A stretch of DNA of 63,548 bases, counting the filler, from Octopus bimaculoides (taxonomy: Eukaryota), in the NCBI RefSeq assembly GCF_001194135.2. It is 4 parts of 4 records of this genome, joined end to end, with 100 filler letters (N's around TTAATTAATTAA, not from the genome) between each part and the next. Parts side by side here need not be neighbours in the genome. Positions count along the whole stretch, not along the records: positions 24,557 to 50,399 come from NC_068992.1; positions 50,500 to 62,377 come from NC_068990.1; positions 62,478 to 63,548 come from NC_068984.1; 1 more part is not named here. The stretch is one strand, 5' to 3'. Positions 49,613-62,529 of the stretch are shown here, piece by piece; the first letter of the stretch is position 1; each line of letters starts with the position of its first letter. The position numbers were made by a program, and so were the translations under genes. A model generated the notes under the pieces. That model was not told the origin of the DNA and made no database searches. It saw only the letters and a program-made list of their open reading frames with translations.

Positions 49613-49618
<6 letters not shown>

Positions 49619-50443
49619 TACCACCAAGTCATTGAGTAGGATTAGTCAAGTTCGCGCGACTTCGAGCATTGTTCCGTCCAAATCATGCCGATGACCTTAC
49701 GTTTCATTCTCTGCGAACATATTGACCGCTGCGGACGTTCAGGCTGGACATCGCTTACATCAATCCCCCTACCAGTCTATTGCGGTCAGTCCTGAACACC
49801 CCTTTCTCTCTCTTTCTCTCCCACTCTTATGCTTAATTTATCTAAACGCAATCTACCACCCAACACTGGAATGATTAAATCTCAAGATAACCAAAAAAAA
49901 AAAAAAAAAACATGAAACAGATCATGAAAAAACAAGAATTAAACCTATCAAGATGAGGCCATTCTGACTGGATGTTTTATCGAAGAATCATATTGGCAAG
50001 ATTGTTGCTGTTCAAACCTTATAAGGACTTATTAGTCTACTATAATTAGCTGGGATTAGTTCAATGTAATTGGCTATTAATGATCGTGGTTGATTGATAT
50101 TTTTCAATGTTGCATTGCACATTAAAATGTATGCATGTGTGTGCTTATATACACATCTCTCCATCAAGCTACTTATCTTCACCTCTCCCTCCTTCTCTCT
50201 CTCTTACTCCCTCTCTCTCTCTCTCCCTCTTTTTCTCTCTCTGTATGTGTGTATGTGAGTATGTGACTGTGTATGTATGAGTGAGAGAGTGTACGTGTTC
50301 GTGCGTGTGTGTACGTGTCTGTGTGCGCATGTGTATGTCACTAGAGCAGTAGATATCTGTTTTATATATATACATATACATTATGTCTGTATATATATAN
50401 NNNNNNNNNNNNNNNNNNNNNNNNNNNNNNNNNNNNNNNNNNN

Positions 50444-50455
50444 TTAATTAATTAA
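50444..50455. other. Artificial scaffold linker TTAATTAATTAA
   Basis: Centre of a 44N+12+44N gap. Confidence 0.9.
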
Positions 50456-50589
50456 NNNNNNNNNNNNNNNNNNNNNNNNNNNNNNNNNNNNNNNNNNNNT
50501 ATATATATACATGCACACATACACACACATACACATACTGCTGCTCCCAACTGTCGTCCCCACAGAGTGTAAAACTAATTAACTAATTG

Positions 50590-51030
50590 TGGAACTAGAG
50601 ACAATCCAACGCCACTACACAAAAATAGACACAGTAAAACACATGGTCTACTGGGAAAGGTTGAAGGAACTGGGACTCTACACCCTGGAGAGATGTGAGA
50701 GATATGCAGTGTTATAATTATGGAAAATAATGGAGGGTCTAGCTCCAAATTTTGGAATTTAAATCTACAACAATCCCCGAACTGGACAGCACTGCACAGT
50801 AGCAAAGGTCCCATCTTCTCCATCGAGGATATGAACCTAATATTGTAATAGCTTGGCATTCAAGGAACCACAACCTTTTAATGCCCTACCACAGAACAAG
50901 GATCTGCAAGGTGTAGACATGGAAGTCTTCAAAAAACGTCTAGATAGTTGTTTTATCTGCAATATGAGCCCACATCACCAGAAGAGCACAAAGAAGAGCG
51001 GCAATGTCCAACTCCCTACTTCATCAGAAG
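50590..51030 (+). mobile_element. CR1-group LINE 3' fragment
   Basis: MVYWERLKELGLYTLERCERYAVL*LWKIMEGLAPN; parallels 26760-26960. Confidence 0.7.
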
Positions 51031-51174
51031 CAATACTGGAAAAGTCCTTGGATGTAGTAAAGGCAGTGCACAGCATGGCCTTAGCCTCTAGCTGAAACCC
51101 ATAAAAGAATAAGAATATATATACTCCCCACACACACACACATATACAGTAGTACCTCAGTTTTCGAACAACTT

Positions 51175-54100
51175 GTTTCTTTATTGCCCACATGGGGCCA
51201 ACATAGAGAGGACAATACAGCCTGATTTGGGGTCAGACACACAAAATGAGATATGAAAATTTACAACGAAATCAAATGGAAAATCTGATGTTAACACAAA
51301 TTACAAAACAAATTGACTTTTGGAAGTTATCCAGTGTCTTTGGCCCGAATTTTCTTTGGAACAGACTGTCTAACTGATCATTATCTAGACCCAGGGTCTG
51401 CCCCAAGGTGTTGTTATATCCAGCCTCTACCGACCTGCTATAAAAAGATGCGGTTGTACCAAAACCACTGGCATCGCCTGAGTGATGGAACTGTAGGAGA
51501 GCCTTACAGTACTCCATATACCAAGTACCCAACCTCGATCTTCGACGAAACCAGTTTTCTTGTCCACCAAAACTAGTGAATCTGGGAAACATCCATTTCG
51601 CAAGCGGAGACCACACCCGTTCACCATCCAGGTAAAGCCAGAGGTGTCTCAACCTCAACACATGTTTGCGCATCAGCAGCCAAGGCATCTCTAGCCCACC
51701 CTTTCACAGTTTTTGACAGCAGATAGAATCTCACAAGTGGAAGATCTGTCTCTCCAACTTGCTCAACCACGAATCTGGACAAGGAATGACAGTTAAGCGG
51801 TAAATGATGATCAATGCAATAAACACATTGGCCACCTCTGCCCTCTTTTCAAGGATAGCCACCACCAAGACCAGGTCTTGACTACGAGGGTCAGCTTATT
51901 CGATACCTCCATCCAGTTCTTTTTCTACCTGGAGATCTGGGCCCTTTGTCCAATGTCCCATGACGCTATTCGAAGGCATCAAATTGCCCCTCCAGGTGCC
52001 AAATTGCAAGCCAACTGATTTTTCCCGGTTAATCTTTACTCCTGCCACCATCTCACAAGCCTTGATGGATTTGCCTACCCTCTGTAGGTGTTCCATCTCG
52101 GTCACGATGATGACGATGTCATCCACATATGCTGAAATTGATCCTCCACAATCTGGATTCATTGAGATGCCACTCTGCTTTCACAGCAACGGCTCAAGAG
52201 CCATCACGTACAAAAGTGGTGAGAGCAGACATCCTTGGCGAACTCAACATTTGATGCAGAATGGCATCGAAAGAAAACCGTTCACCTGAACAATCAAGTC
52301 GATGTTATCATACAATTCATTGATCCACCTAAGGAAGCCAAGACCCAGTCCAAACCACACGAGAACGGATACCAGGTAATGATGGTCTACCCTATCAAAC
52401 ACTTTAGCTTGATCTAAATGAATCAGTGCCCCACCCTTGCCAGAATTACTATCAAACCCTTCTATGGTGTAGCGTATAAGATGATGATTATCCTGGATGC
52501 TTCTGCCGGAGATAGCACATGTCTGTGCTTCACCGATCAGACCATCCAGAGTGATGGGCCTAAAGTTCTCTATTCTATCCCCCTATCCGGATCCTTTCTG
52601 ACCAGCATCACCACTCCTCGGTGCACAGATCTGGGAATCAACCCATTCTGCTACCAGTTCACGTAAACACTTGCCAGTAGGTGCCCAAACAAGTCTGGCA
52701 TACTCTTATATATTCATAAGGCAGACCATCAAGACCTGGTGCCTTACCAATTCCACAGTCCACTATAGCTTCTATCACTTCCTCAGGTGTGATTGACCCT
52801 TCACAGCACTCTGCATCCTGCCTCGAGAGACACGGCAGCCCGGCAAGGAAGTCTGTAAGGTCCAACCTACTGTCTGGTCCATCACTCTCTCTGGAAAGCT
52901 GGGCGAAGTGCTTCTGAAAAGTCTTACACATCTCCTCGGGTTTGTTTATCAACTCACCTTGTAGGTTCTCCAAAGATCAAATTGTATAATCGTTTCCACG
53001 TTGAGCTTCCACCACTCAGGCCCATCCAGCAGCCTTGATCCTCTTGCAACCCATTGCACGAAGTCTAGCCCTGACAATATACCCCATGTGCTTGGATTCG
53101 AGGTGCTGGTTTAATTCCAGTCTTTTCACCTTCACCTGGGCTGCATTGCCAGTCCTCATGGCTTCCTCTAGGGCCTTAACTAATTCCTCTTCCCCTCTAC
53201 GTTCTCTAGCCACTAAACTTATGTTATATCTAATAGGCTCAAATTTAATGGCTCTTTTTAGGGCATACCACCATTTGTTGTTAATAATGGAACTGGTCAT
53301 TGCCCTCTGTATCAGTAACTTAATCCAGTTCCTGTACTCTTCAATCACCAAAAGGGACGTATTGAGTTTCCAGTAGCCGGAACCTTTACTATATAGCTTA
53401 TCTAGGTTCAGCTTACAAGTGACAAACTTGTGATCACTGTAGCTGACCAGGTAAAACTGTGGACACTTAGCTATATCTTTATCTACATTTCTAATTAGAA
53501 TCCTATCAATATAAGACCTTCAAAACCCGTTGCTGCTTGACCATATCCACAATTGAGCATTTGGGAACTCTAGTCTGTATGGATCTACTAGCTGAAAGCG
53601 ACTTAGTAGATCCCGGAAGCCATGATTTGTTCTCCTATTCGAATTTGATCCAACACTATCCACACACGCATCATAAATAGTGTTAAAGTCTCCTAACACA
53701 ACTAGTGAATGCAATGTGCCTAGAAATTTCTCTAGATCATGAAAATAATCAATCTGACCATGATTGGGTGCGTAAATTGCAACCAGTCTGATTCTCTTAC
53801 CACAACTGAATGTAAAATCCAAAACGACCAGCCTACCATCTGGATCAGCAAAAATCAACTTTTTCTCTGAATCCCAGTTTCTTTTTAATAGGACCAATAC
53901 CCCGCATCCACCCACAGGACAGCCTGGAGAAATAAATTTCTCGTAACCATCCAGGAGTGGGAGCAGATCTCTTGGCACTTTTAACCAGGTTTCAGTAGCA
54001 ACAATGACATCCAAATTCCGCGCCCTAACGTCATTTAAGAAACGCCCTTGCTTACAACTCAACGCTAGGCCACATACATTTATACAACCTACGTGAACAG

Positions 54101-55517
54101 CCATAATTTCTTACCTTTGTTTTAGTCAGTGACTGAAGGNNNNNNNNNNNNNNNNNNNNNNNNNNNNNNNNNNNNNNNNNNNNNNNNNNNNNNNNNNNNN
54201 NNNNNNNNNNNNNNNNNNNNNNNNNNNNNNNNNNNNNNNNNNNNNNNNNNNNNNNNNNNNNNNNNNNNNNNNNNNNNNNNNNNNNNNNNNNNNNNNNNNN
54301 NNNNNNNNNNNNNNNNNNNNNNNNNNNNNNNNNNNNNNNNNNNNNNNNNNNNNNNNNNNNNNNNNNNNNNNNNNNNNNNNNNNNNNNNNNNNNNNNNNNN
54401 NNNNNNNNNNNNGCTTTTTTCTGGGGAGAGTGGTTTCATTTACCTCTTGTTTTGGACCACAGACCACTCCTCCCCTTCCTTGCTGTTTACTGTTGTTTGC
54501 TTGCCTGCTTCTGCCGCTTTCTGGGTTTCTTCCCTCTGCATTTCTTCTCCATGTGTTTCTTTTTCACCTTCTTTTCCTTGTCTGTGGAGTTTGCAATCGG
54601 CCCTTACATGGCCTTTTTTTCCACAGTTGAAGCACCATGGTTGCCTCCCCTTTACCATTACCACCAACCTGGTCTCTCCCACTTTAATGATTTCTGGGAT
54701 TTATTCTAATGTTGGTGGTTCCACTTGTATTGTCATTTTTACTCCCTGGCCCTGCCAGTTCCTTTCTTCCATGACCAGCACTTCTAGCAGAGTGATTTTA
54801 TCCTCTAGCCTGAGTGTTACTGCTGTGACCAACCACTCAGCATTCACCTCCGGTGGCATGTTGCTGATATTAATTCACAATGTTTTTCTGCCCATATATA
54901 TGGGCAGGAGTATCACCTCGACTGTTCTCAGTGAGTCTACAGAATGGAGTCTTACTTTTTCCGCTGACTCCATTCTAACTTCAACCGTTGCATACTTACC
55001 TCTTGTGAGGTATGTGATCTCGTGCCAAATTGGCGTGAGGCATCTTGCCACCTCCTTCTCTACAACATAGTCTATCTTTTTATCTTTCACTTTGTATGTT
55101 TTGTAGATAATCGTTCTTTTTTCTATTTCTTCCTTTATACTTTGTGTGTGTGTGGGGGGGGGGCACTTTTATTTCTGACCCCTCCCTTATCAAATTTCTT
55201 TTATGGTTTTCCAGTTTTTCTGTGTTAATTTTTTAAACTTTTCCTCCTACAGCTGCCATGAAATCCATCTTTCTTGGTGCCTCTTCATTGTTTATAGGCA
55301 TCTCGCCAGTTGCCAGGCAGGCTGCCTCAATATTTCTTCTAATGTTCTTTTTCTTGTGAGTTTTTCTTGATTGTTTCCTCCCTTCTGGGAGTTACAACTG
55401 GTGTACGTCTTTCTTGTGAGTCATCTTCCGACAGACACAACTCTGGAGTATTTAGATTTTCCATTTTTCAAAAAATGGCACAATCAATATTTTTCAAAAC
55501 AGTATTTTGGCTTATGC
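51175..55517 (-). mobile_element. Near full-length but degraded Tx1/L1-clade LINE (ORF1 with CCHC knuckle, APE, RT; 3' part internally deleted)
   Basis: ORF1 from ~55464 contains CFNCGKKGHVRADC. APE: INVCGL...IVATETW...VVLGDFN. RT: GKAPGLDGLPYE, ISAYVDDIV. Terminus AATAAAGAAAC matches the copy at 34224. Confidence 0.92.
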
Positions 55518-56173
55518 CNNNNNNNNNNNNNNNNNNNNNNNNNNNNNNNNNNNNNNNNNNNNNNNNNNNNNNNNNNNNNNNNNNNNNNNNNNNNNNNNNN
55601 NNNNNNNNNNNNNNNNNNNNNNNNNNNNNNNNNNNNNNNNNNNNNNNNNNNNNNNNNNNNNNNNNNNNNNNNNNNNNNNNNNNNNNNNNNNNNNNNNNNN
55701 NNNNNNNNNNNNNNNNNNNNNNNNNNNNNNNNNNNNNNNNNNNNNNNNNNNNNNNNNNNNNNNNNNNNNNNNNNNNNNNNNNNNNNNNNNNNNNNNNNNN
55801 NNNNNNNNNNNNNNNNNNNNNNNNNNNNNNNNNNNNNNNNNNNNNNNNNNNNNNNNNNNNNNNNNNNNNNNNNNNNNNNNNNNNNNNNNNNNNNNNNNNN
55901 NNNNNNNNNNNNNNNNNNNNNNNNNNNNNNNNNNNNNNNNNNNNNNNNNNNNNNNNNNNNNNNNNNNNNNNNNNNNNNNNNNNNNNNNNNNNNNNNNATA
56001 GATATAAAGCACAATTTATTCAGAATCAGAGGCGTACACAAACCGAGGTACTACTGTATGAAATGAATATGAGAAAGACAGGAGATAAAGTACGATTTAT
56101 TCATGATCAGAGTTGTTTGAAAACCAAGGTTCTACTGTGTGTATATACATACATATATATATATATGTGTGTG

Positions 56174-57175
56174 TGTAACGATTGTAAGATGAATGAAGAA
56201 CAGTGATCGAAGTTCTAAAGAAATATTTATTTATCGTTACTTTAATAAATGCCATGCCACAACGGGTAGGTTAGTGTAATAGTATAACACAGTTCATAAA
56301 TCATGCAAGGTAAAGAAAGTTAATTTCAGCCTGTATGTGTGTGTACACAATCTTGTAGCAGTATATAGATAGAGATATGGTAATGTTACAGAGAAAAAAA
56401 AGTGAGCTAGTGAAAGTTATAGAGTCGAGGGAGGCTGTGTCTCATAGTTGGCTGGTTGTAACCTTCTTTCTCCCTCTGGCCAAGGTTCAGCCAGACTTCG
56501 TTCTCACTGAATCATCACCAAGTGACTGGACTGGTTGAGTCGTCACCAACTAGTGACTAAACTAAATTTTTCTTGGGATTTCCTTGCTTTTATAACAATC
56601 CAGAAGGATAGATATATTATTGAGAACAATAGATTTAGTTGGTGGTCTTGTTATCTCTATTCTAGCTTTTCGTGGGGTAGAAGAGGTGAGGAAGGGTCGA
56701 GTGGTGAAAACATTGTTTCGGCCTAGCTAAAGGCATCTGGAAAATGTTAAACTGCTGTCAGAGAAAAACTATTGTTCCACCGTGGGAAAAGTTCTGTTGC
56801 AGTGTTGATTTAAATTTGGCTATAGTAAGAGCTGCTGGAATTGCACATATATTCATCGTCAGGGAACCAACATATAGAAGCAAGACAAATGCGAAATGAT
56901 AAGGTAACTTACGAGTTATAATATTATATGGCCAAGTAAGTAACCGTTAGAAGTAAGAACGCTGGTTTACATAGAGTTATAACGGGAGGGGGGGCTGTAA
57001 ACGCTATACTAAAGGTTTAAATTAAATGATTAAAATGGGGGGAGAAGGGCAAAATGGATCACAGTAAAGTAAACTGAAGCCGTAAACTATAAGCTAATTC
57101 AAATGTGGAGGAAGGGAGAGAATCAAGAGAGTTCATCATATATAAAAAAATTTCTCCTTAAGGAAAAACATAACA
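56174..57175. mobile_element. Possible solo LTR (~1 kb)
   Basis: TGTAACG...CATAACA termini and AATAAA-like signal near one end; no TSD found. Confidence 0.35.
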
Positions 57176-57627
57176 TACTAATATAAAGCAAAGAATGTAA
57201 ATATAAAAAATAAATAAAGCATCATAGCCTTTTTGATTATCTCCCTTATACCCTAAAAATCCCTGATTATCTTCCCCAGTCTGGAACTCCATATTTCACA
57301 ACATAGCGAAAAGATGACACAATATAGGTAAAGAATTTGAGAAATTTGAAAAGAAAATACAAAACCGGTTATTTCTCCAAAAACAATGTTACTATACACA
57401 AAATATTATAACATTTTTCTAACATAACAATTTAAATATATTCTTTAACCATATAGCACAAGCCTATTGTAGTTTTTCACTCTTTTCTGTCTTTTATACA
57501 TCCAGCCACATGCTTTCACATACCAACTCTCTCTCTTTCTCTCTCTCTCTCTCTTTCTCTCTCNNNNNNNNNNTTTCTGTCTTTTATACATCCAGCCACA
57601 TGCTTTCACATACCAACTCTCTCTCTT

Positions 57628-57714
<87 letters not shown>

Positions 57715-57730
57715 TACACATACATACATA

Positions 57731-58590
57731 CAGAGTACAGTGAATATATTGCCATCTAAATTATGCACAAATGAAAATAAAACTGACATCTCATTTTAAC
57801 AGTTATATTTACCTAAAGAATAATATTTGTTCAATAAAATCACCATTAGCTTCAGCTATGGCCTCCAGACAACTTCAGAATCTCCTGCAACTCCTCTAGA
57901 CAGTCTCCTTGTTTAAGTTGGTGGATGATGCCATAATCCTTACCTTCAGTTCATCTTTGGTATAACAAGTTTTGTTGGTCTCTCACTCAACTGCACCCCA
58001 CACATAATAATCAAGGTGGTTGCAGTCTAGGGAGTTAGGTGGCCAGATGTTAGGGGGTGATGTAGTCACAGAAATTGTCTGACAGCCATGACTGGGTTCT
58101 CCTCCTTCTGTGGCATGGTGTAGAATCCTGTTGCCAAACATAGGGTCCTTCTGAAGTCACCCTCTTGACCCAGGGCAGCACTACCTCCCCCAAGCATTTG
58201 ATGTGGGTCTCCATGTTGAGTTTGAGGCCGTGTGGGAAGATGAATAGTGGCATAACATTGCCATCACTAATGGTCACTCCAAACACCATGATGCTGACTG
58301 GATGTTCGATTTTTATCACTCTCGGTACATGTTTTGGGGACATGGCAAGCCAATGGTTGTTCTGTGTGTTAACCATCTGTTCGTACTGGAGTTTCCAGCA
58401 TGAATGCCAAGCAGTACAGCATGTTGTTTCCAAATTTCTGGTAGAGTGAATTGTGTAATGGTACTGTTTTTCTCACAGATGGTGCCCAACTGACCTTACT
58501 GTACTGTGTAGTTGACAAAATCAAAAACAAACAATGCACTTGCACAAAATTAAACATTTAAAATGCTGACAATTTACCCATCGCACCCTG
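57731..58590 (-). mobile_element. Internally deleted Tc1/mariner-superfamily DD37D (maT) element with both TIRs
   Basis: VWQQDSTPCH...WPPNSLDCNHLDYYVW has 37 residues between the two Asp after one +1 frameshift. TIRs CAGAGTACAGTGAATATATTGCC and (reverse complement) CAGGGTGCGATGGGTAAATTGTC. Confidence 0.8.
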
Positions 58591-59100
58591 GACACACACA
58601 CACACACACATACATGCACACATACAAACATATATATATATATTATTGTGTCTGGGGAGAGTCATTTTNNNNNNNNNNNNNNNNNNNNNNNNNNNNNNNN
58701 NNNNNNNNNNNNNNNNNNNNNNNNNNNNNNNNNNNNNNNNNNNNNNNNNNNNNNNNNNNNNNNNNNNNNNNNNNNNNNNNNNNNNNNNNNNNNNNNNNNN
58801 NNNNNNNNNNNNNNNNNNNNNNNNNNNNNNNNNNNNNNNNNNNNNNNNNNNNNNNNNNNNNNNNNNNNNNNNNNNNNNNNNNNNNNNNNNNNNNNNNNNN
58901 NNNNNNNNNNNNNNNNNNNNNNNNNNNNNNNNNNNNNNNNNNNNNNNNNNNNNNNNNNNNNNNNNNNNNNNNNNNNNNNNNNNNNNNNNNNNNNNNNNNN
59001 NNNNNNNNNNNNNNNNNNNNNNNNNNNNNNNNNNNNNNNNNNNNNNNNNNNNNNNNNNNNNNNNNNNNNNNNNNNNNNNNNNNNNNNNNNNNNNNNNNNN

Positions 59101-59630
59101 TTATGCGTACCTTTCCTTCATTGGACACTAAACTCCGCTTGCAAAGACCTGTTGAAGCAAGTGAAATCGAAACCGAACTAAATTCGACGACAGGCACCCA
59201 TGCCAACGTCGTCTCCTTCATTGGACATGAAACTCAGCTTGTGAAGACTTATTGAGGCAAGCGAAAGCAAAATCGGGATGGCACCTGTGCCCAGCGTCAC
59301 CTTTCTGGCACTTGTGCCCGTGGCATACATAAGGACCTTCGAGCGAGATCGTTGCCAGTGCTGCTGGACTGGCTCCTGTGCAGGTGGCACATAAAATACA
59401 CAATTTTGAGCATGGCCATTGCCAGTATCGCCTGACTGGCCTTCGTGCCGGTGACACGTAAAGGCACCTACTACACTCTCGGAGTGGTTGGCGTTAGGAA
59501 GGGCATCCAGCTGTAGAAACTCTGCCAAATAAGATTGGAGTCTGGTGTAGCCTTCGGGTTCCACCATTCCTCAGTCAAATCGTCCAATCCATGCTAGTAT
59601 GGAAAGCGGACGTTAAACAATGATGATATT
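59101..59630 (+). mobile_element. RTE 3' UTR/tail with ~100-bp and ~62-bp repeat modules
   Basis: CTTCATTGGACA...AAGACCTGTTGA appears twice, as at 8140-8180. GAGCGAGATCGTTGCCAGTG matches 1-190. Standard tail. Confidence 0.8.
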
Positions 59631-60459
59631 GATAGAAATGGCAAGATAACTAAAGAATGTTGTGGCAGAAGTCAACATCTCTGAGATTGAAACAAGACAT
59701 TTACGGCNNNNNNNNNNNNNNNNNNNNNNNNNNNNNNNNNNNNNNNNNNNNNNNNNNNNNNNNNNNNNNNNNNNNNNNNNNNNNNNNNNNNNNNNNNNNN
59801 NNNNNNNTAAAGAAAAAGTGGGAGAGGGAGACAGAAAGCATCTAACGAAAGAAAAGGAAAATAGAGTGTCAGCGTTCATCAAAAATGAAAATGTAAAATG
59901 CTTTTTTTCTTCTTAAACATGAGATATAGGTTCAAATATAGGATGTTTTTGAAAGACACTATATTTTATGAGATTATATATACTTTCTCACACAACAATT
60001 AAAATACATTTATTTTATATCGTTCATCTTTCTCTCTTCCCCCTCTCATACACACACACACACACATGCTACATTGGGAGCGAAAGAGTTTTGTTTATAT
60101 TTCACGTCGAAGAAAAAAGTTTATTGTCAATCCATTTATTTAACAACAATGAAACAAAGAGGTATGTAGCAATTTGTCAGTGTCCCACTGTTGTTTTGTT
60201 TTTTTCTTAGTGAAAATCGTACGAGTGTTATCTGAAAATTTAGCTGTAGTTTTTCATGGTAAATTTAAGATTTAAAAGTATGTTTTCCATATTCTTGTTG
60301 GTTAATTCAATTAGAAAATAAAACCTAATGACGATGTAATTAGCAACTAGCACATTTTGTTTCTTACTTTTTGTTTGCTTTTATGTTTAAATTCTTTACT
60401 TGACTTATATTTCTTACGAAGAGTGAAAAAATGTTTTCCATATTCTTAATCTCTGTATT

Positions 60460-62052
60460 TTCCCTGTTGGTCTTAGACAGTGCCGTCTCATTATATGGGA
60501 CGAATACACAATGGCCAATAAGGGTGCCCTTGAGGCACTGGACCGGTCACTGAAAGATATCAGGGATTCTACAGCTTCTATGGATGGTGTAACTCTATTG
60601 CTTTCAGGAGATTTCTGACAAATCCTTCCTGTCATCCCTAAAGGGAGCAAGGATGATCAAGTGCGTGCATGCCTTAAGTCATCCACATTGTGGCCCCAGG
60701 TTAAGACGTTAAGTCTAAGTACAAACATGCGTGCGCACTTGCTTGGTGATTGCACGTCTGCAGCATTTGCTGAATACATTTTAGCCCTTGGAGAAGGGAA
60801 GGTTCCTAAGAATGATAAGGGTGACATATCCATCTCCGAACTGTGCAAACACAGTGGACAACCCTTCTGATCTTTTGGAAACAGTGTTCCCCAATCTGGA
60901 AAGTAACTATGCAGACATCAATTGGCTCAGTGAAAGAACCATCCTGGCCCCCAAAAATGTAGCTGTCAGTGATATCAATGACCAGCTCATAAGCCAAATT
61001 CTGGGTGAGGAGCGCATCTACAAATCGATTGACTGGACTTGTGACCCCCAAGATATTGTCAATTACCCAAAAGAGTTTCTCAACTCATTGGAGCCAGCAG
61101 GGCTTCCACCTCACATTCTTAGGCTAAGGGTTGGATGCCCAATTATGCTAATCAGAAACTTGTTTCCGCCTAAACAGTGCAACGGGACCCGCTTAGTAGT
61201 TAAGTCCCTGATGCCCCACTTGATTGAGGCTACCATTGTTACAGAGTGCGGGAGGGGTGAAAATGTTTTCATTTCAAGGATGCACTTTTATCCCTCGGGG
61301 TCAGACATGCCATTTCACTTCCGCAGATTGCAGTTCCCGGTGAGACCATGCTTTGCCATGTCCATCAACAAATCCCAAGGCCAAACACTATCAGTGGCAG
61401 GCATCCATTTGGGGGAGCCATGTTTTTCACACGAGTGGCCTGCTCCCGTGTGGGTAATAGAAACGCTCTTTTTGTGTATGCTCCTCAGGGCAGAACACGC
61501 AATGTTGTCTATAGCGAAGTTTTATAGACAAGTTGTCATTGCAGCCGATGTGGTTATAAACAGTGATCCGGAAGCATTGGCCAGACATATTCTCAAACCA
61601 TGGCACCATGACTTATGGACTCTTCCTCTTTTTTATTGGACAATGCTGACTTCTCCAACAACAATGCTCACTTGGCTGATATCAGTGATTGGCTAAGTTG
61701 CTCATAGAGTTAATCTAGAGGGACAGGCCCCTTATTTTTTGGTTAAGGGTGTGGTAAGTTTTCCTAAGGTGCTCCAATCCACATCCCCAATGCAAAACTT
61801 CAGATCAACCTTCTCCTATGCAGATCTCTAATGCAACTTTAAAAAAATCAGTCAATGAGTGGAAATAACCGATAAACTAATTCCTTATGAGATTTTATAA
61901 TCAAATTGCCAGCAAATCATTTTCAGCCAAACTAATTTCAACGGATTTCGCTCAAATCTGATGTCAATGTTACTTATTTTGGTTTGAAATAAAGCACTTG
62001 ATCACTTAATAATTCTAGCTTAATCCCGGGCAACGCCAGGCTATACTGCTAG
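60460..62052 (+). mobile_element. 5'-truncated Helitron: PIF1-like helicase C-terminal part (pseudogene) and 3' end
   Basis: LIIWDEYTM, GDF*QILPVIPKG, ILAPKN, LRVGCPIMLIRNL..CNGTRL and FAMSINKSQGQTL motifs; 3' hairpin CCCGGGCAACGCCAGG then CTAG. Confidence 0.92.
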
Positions 62053-62377
62053 TCTAATATAATAAACGTGAAGTTGTGTGTCTTTGTGAAGTCTTTTTAA
62101 AAGTTTATAAAAATCCACATTTTTCACTTTTTCGTAAAAATTTTTACATCAATGGAATTTTCTCGCTGTGAACTTTCCAGAGCAGTAATTAGACTTTTAA
62201 AATTCCATTTACTTTGTGTGATTTAAGGGAGATTTGGCTGTTGTTTCTAGCAACTTTCATATTTCTTCCCTTCTACCTGTACACACACTCATTGACTACA
62301 ATATAACTCATGTTCGTCAATGTTTGGTAAATATACCACGATTTTCACTAGGGTGTTAGGGTTTTAGGGTTACGGTT
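62053..62377 (+). mobile_element. 5' end of a following Helitron-like element, running into TTAGGG-like repeats at the gap
   Basis: Begins TCTAATATAATAAACGTGAAG immediately after CTAG; ends TAGGGTGTTAGGGTTTTAGGGTTACGGTT. Confidence 0.55.
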
Positions 62378-62421
62378 NNNNNNNNNNNNNNNNNNNNNNN
62401 NNNNNNNNNNNNNNNNNNNNN

Positions 62422-62433
62422 TTAATTAATTAA
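62422..62433. other. Artificial scaffold linker TTAATTAATTAA
   Basis: Centre of a 44N+12+44N gap. Confidence 0.9.
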
Positions 62434-62477
62434 NNNNNNNNNNNNNNNNNNNNNNNNNNNNNNNNNNNNNNNNNNNN

Positions 62478-62529
<52 letters not shown>

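Noticed and set aside
57485-57650. ~80-bp direct duplication around a 10-N gap
   Set aside because: Typical unresolved contig overlap at a (CT)n repeat; likely an assembly artefact.
62350-62377. TTAGGG-like repeats as a telomere
   Set aside because: Only about four degenerate units inside a Helitron-like element, and the scaffold continues.
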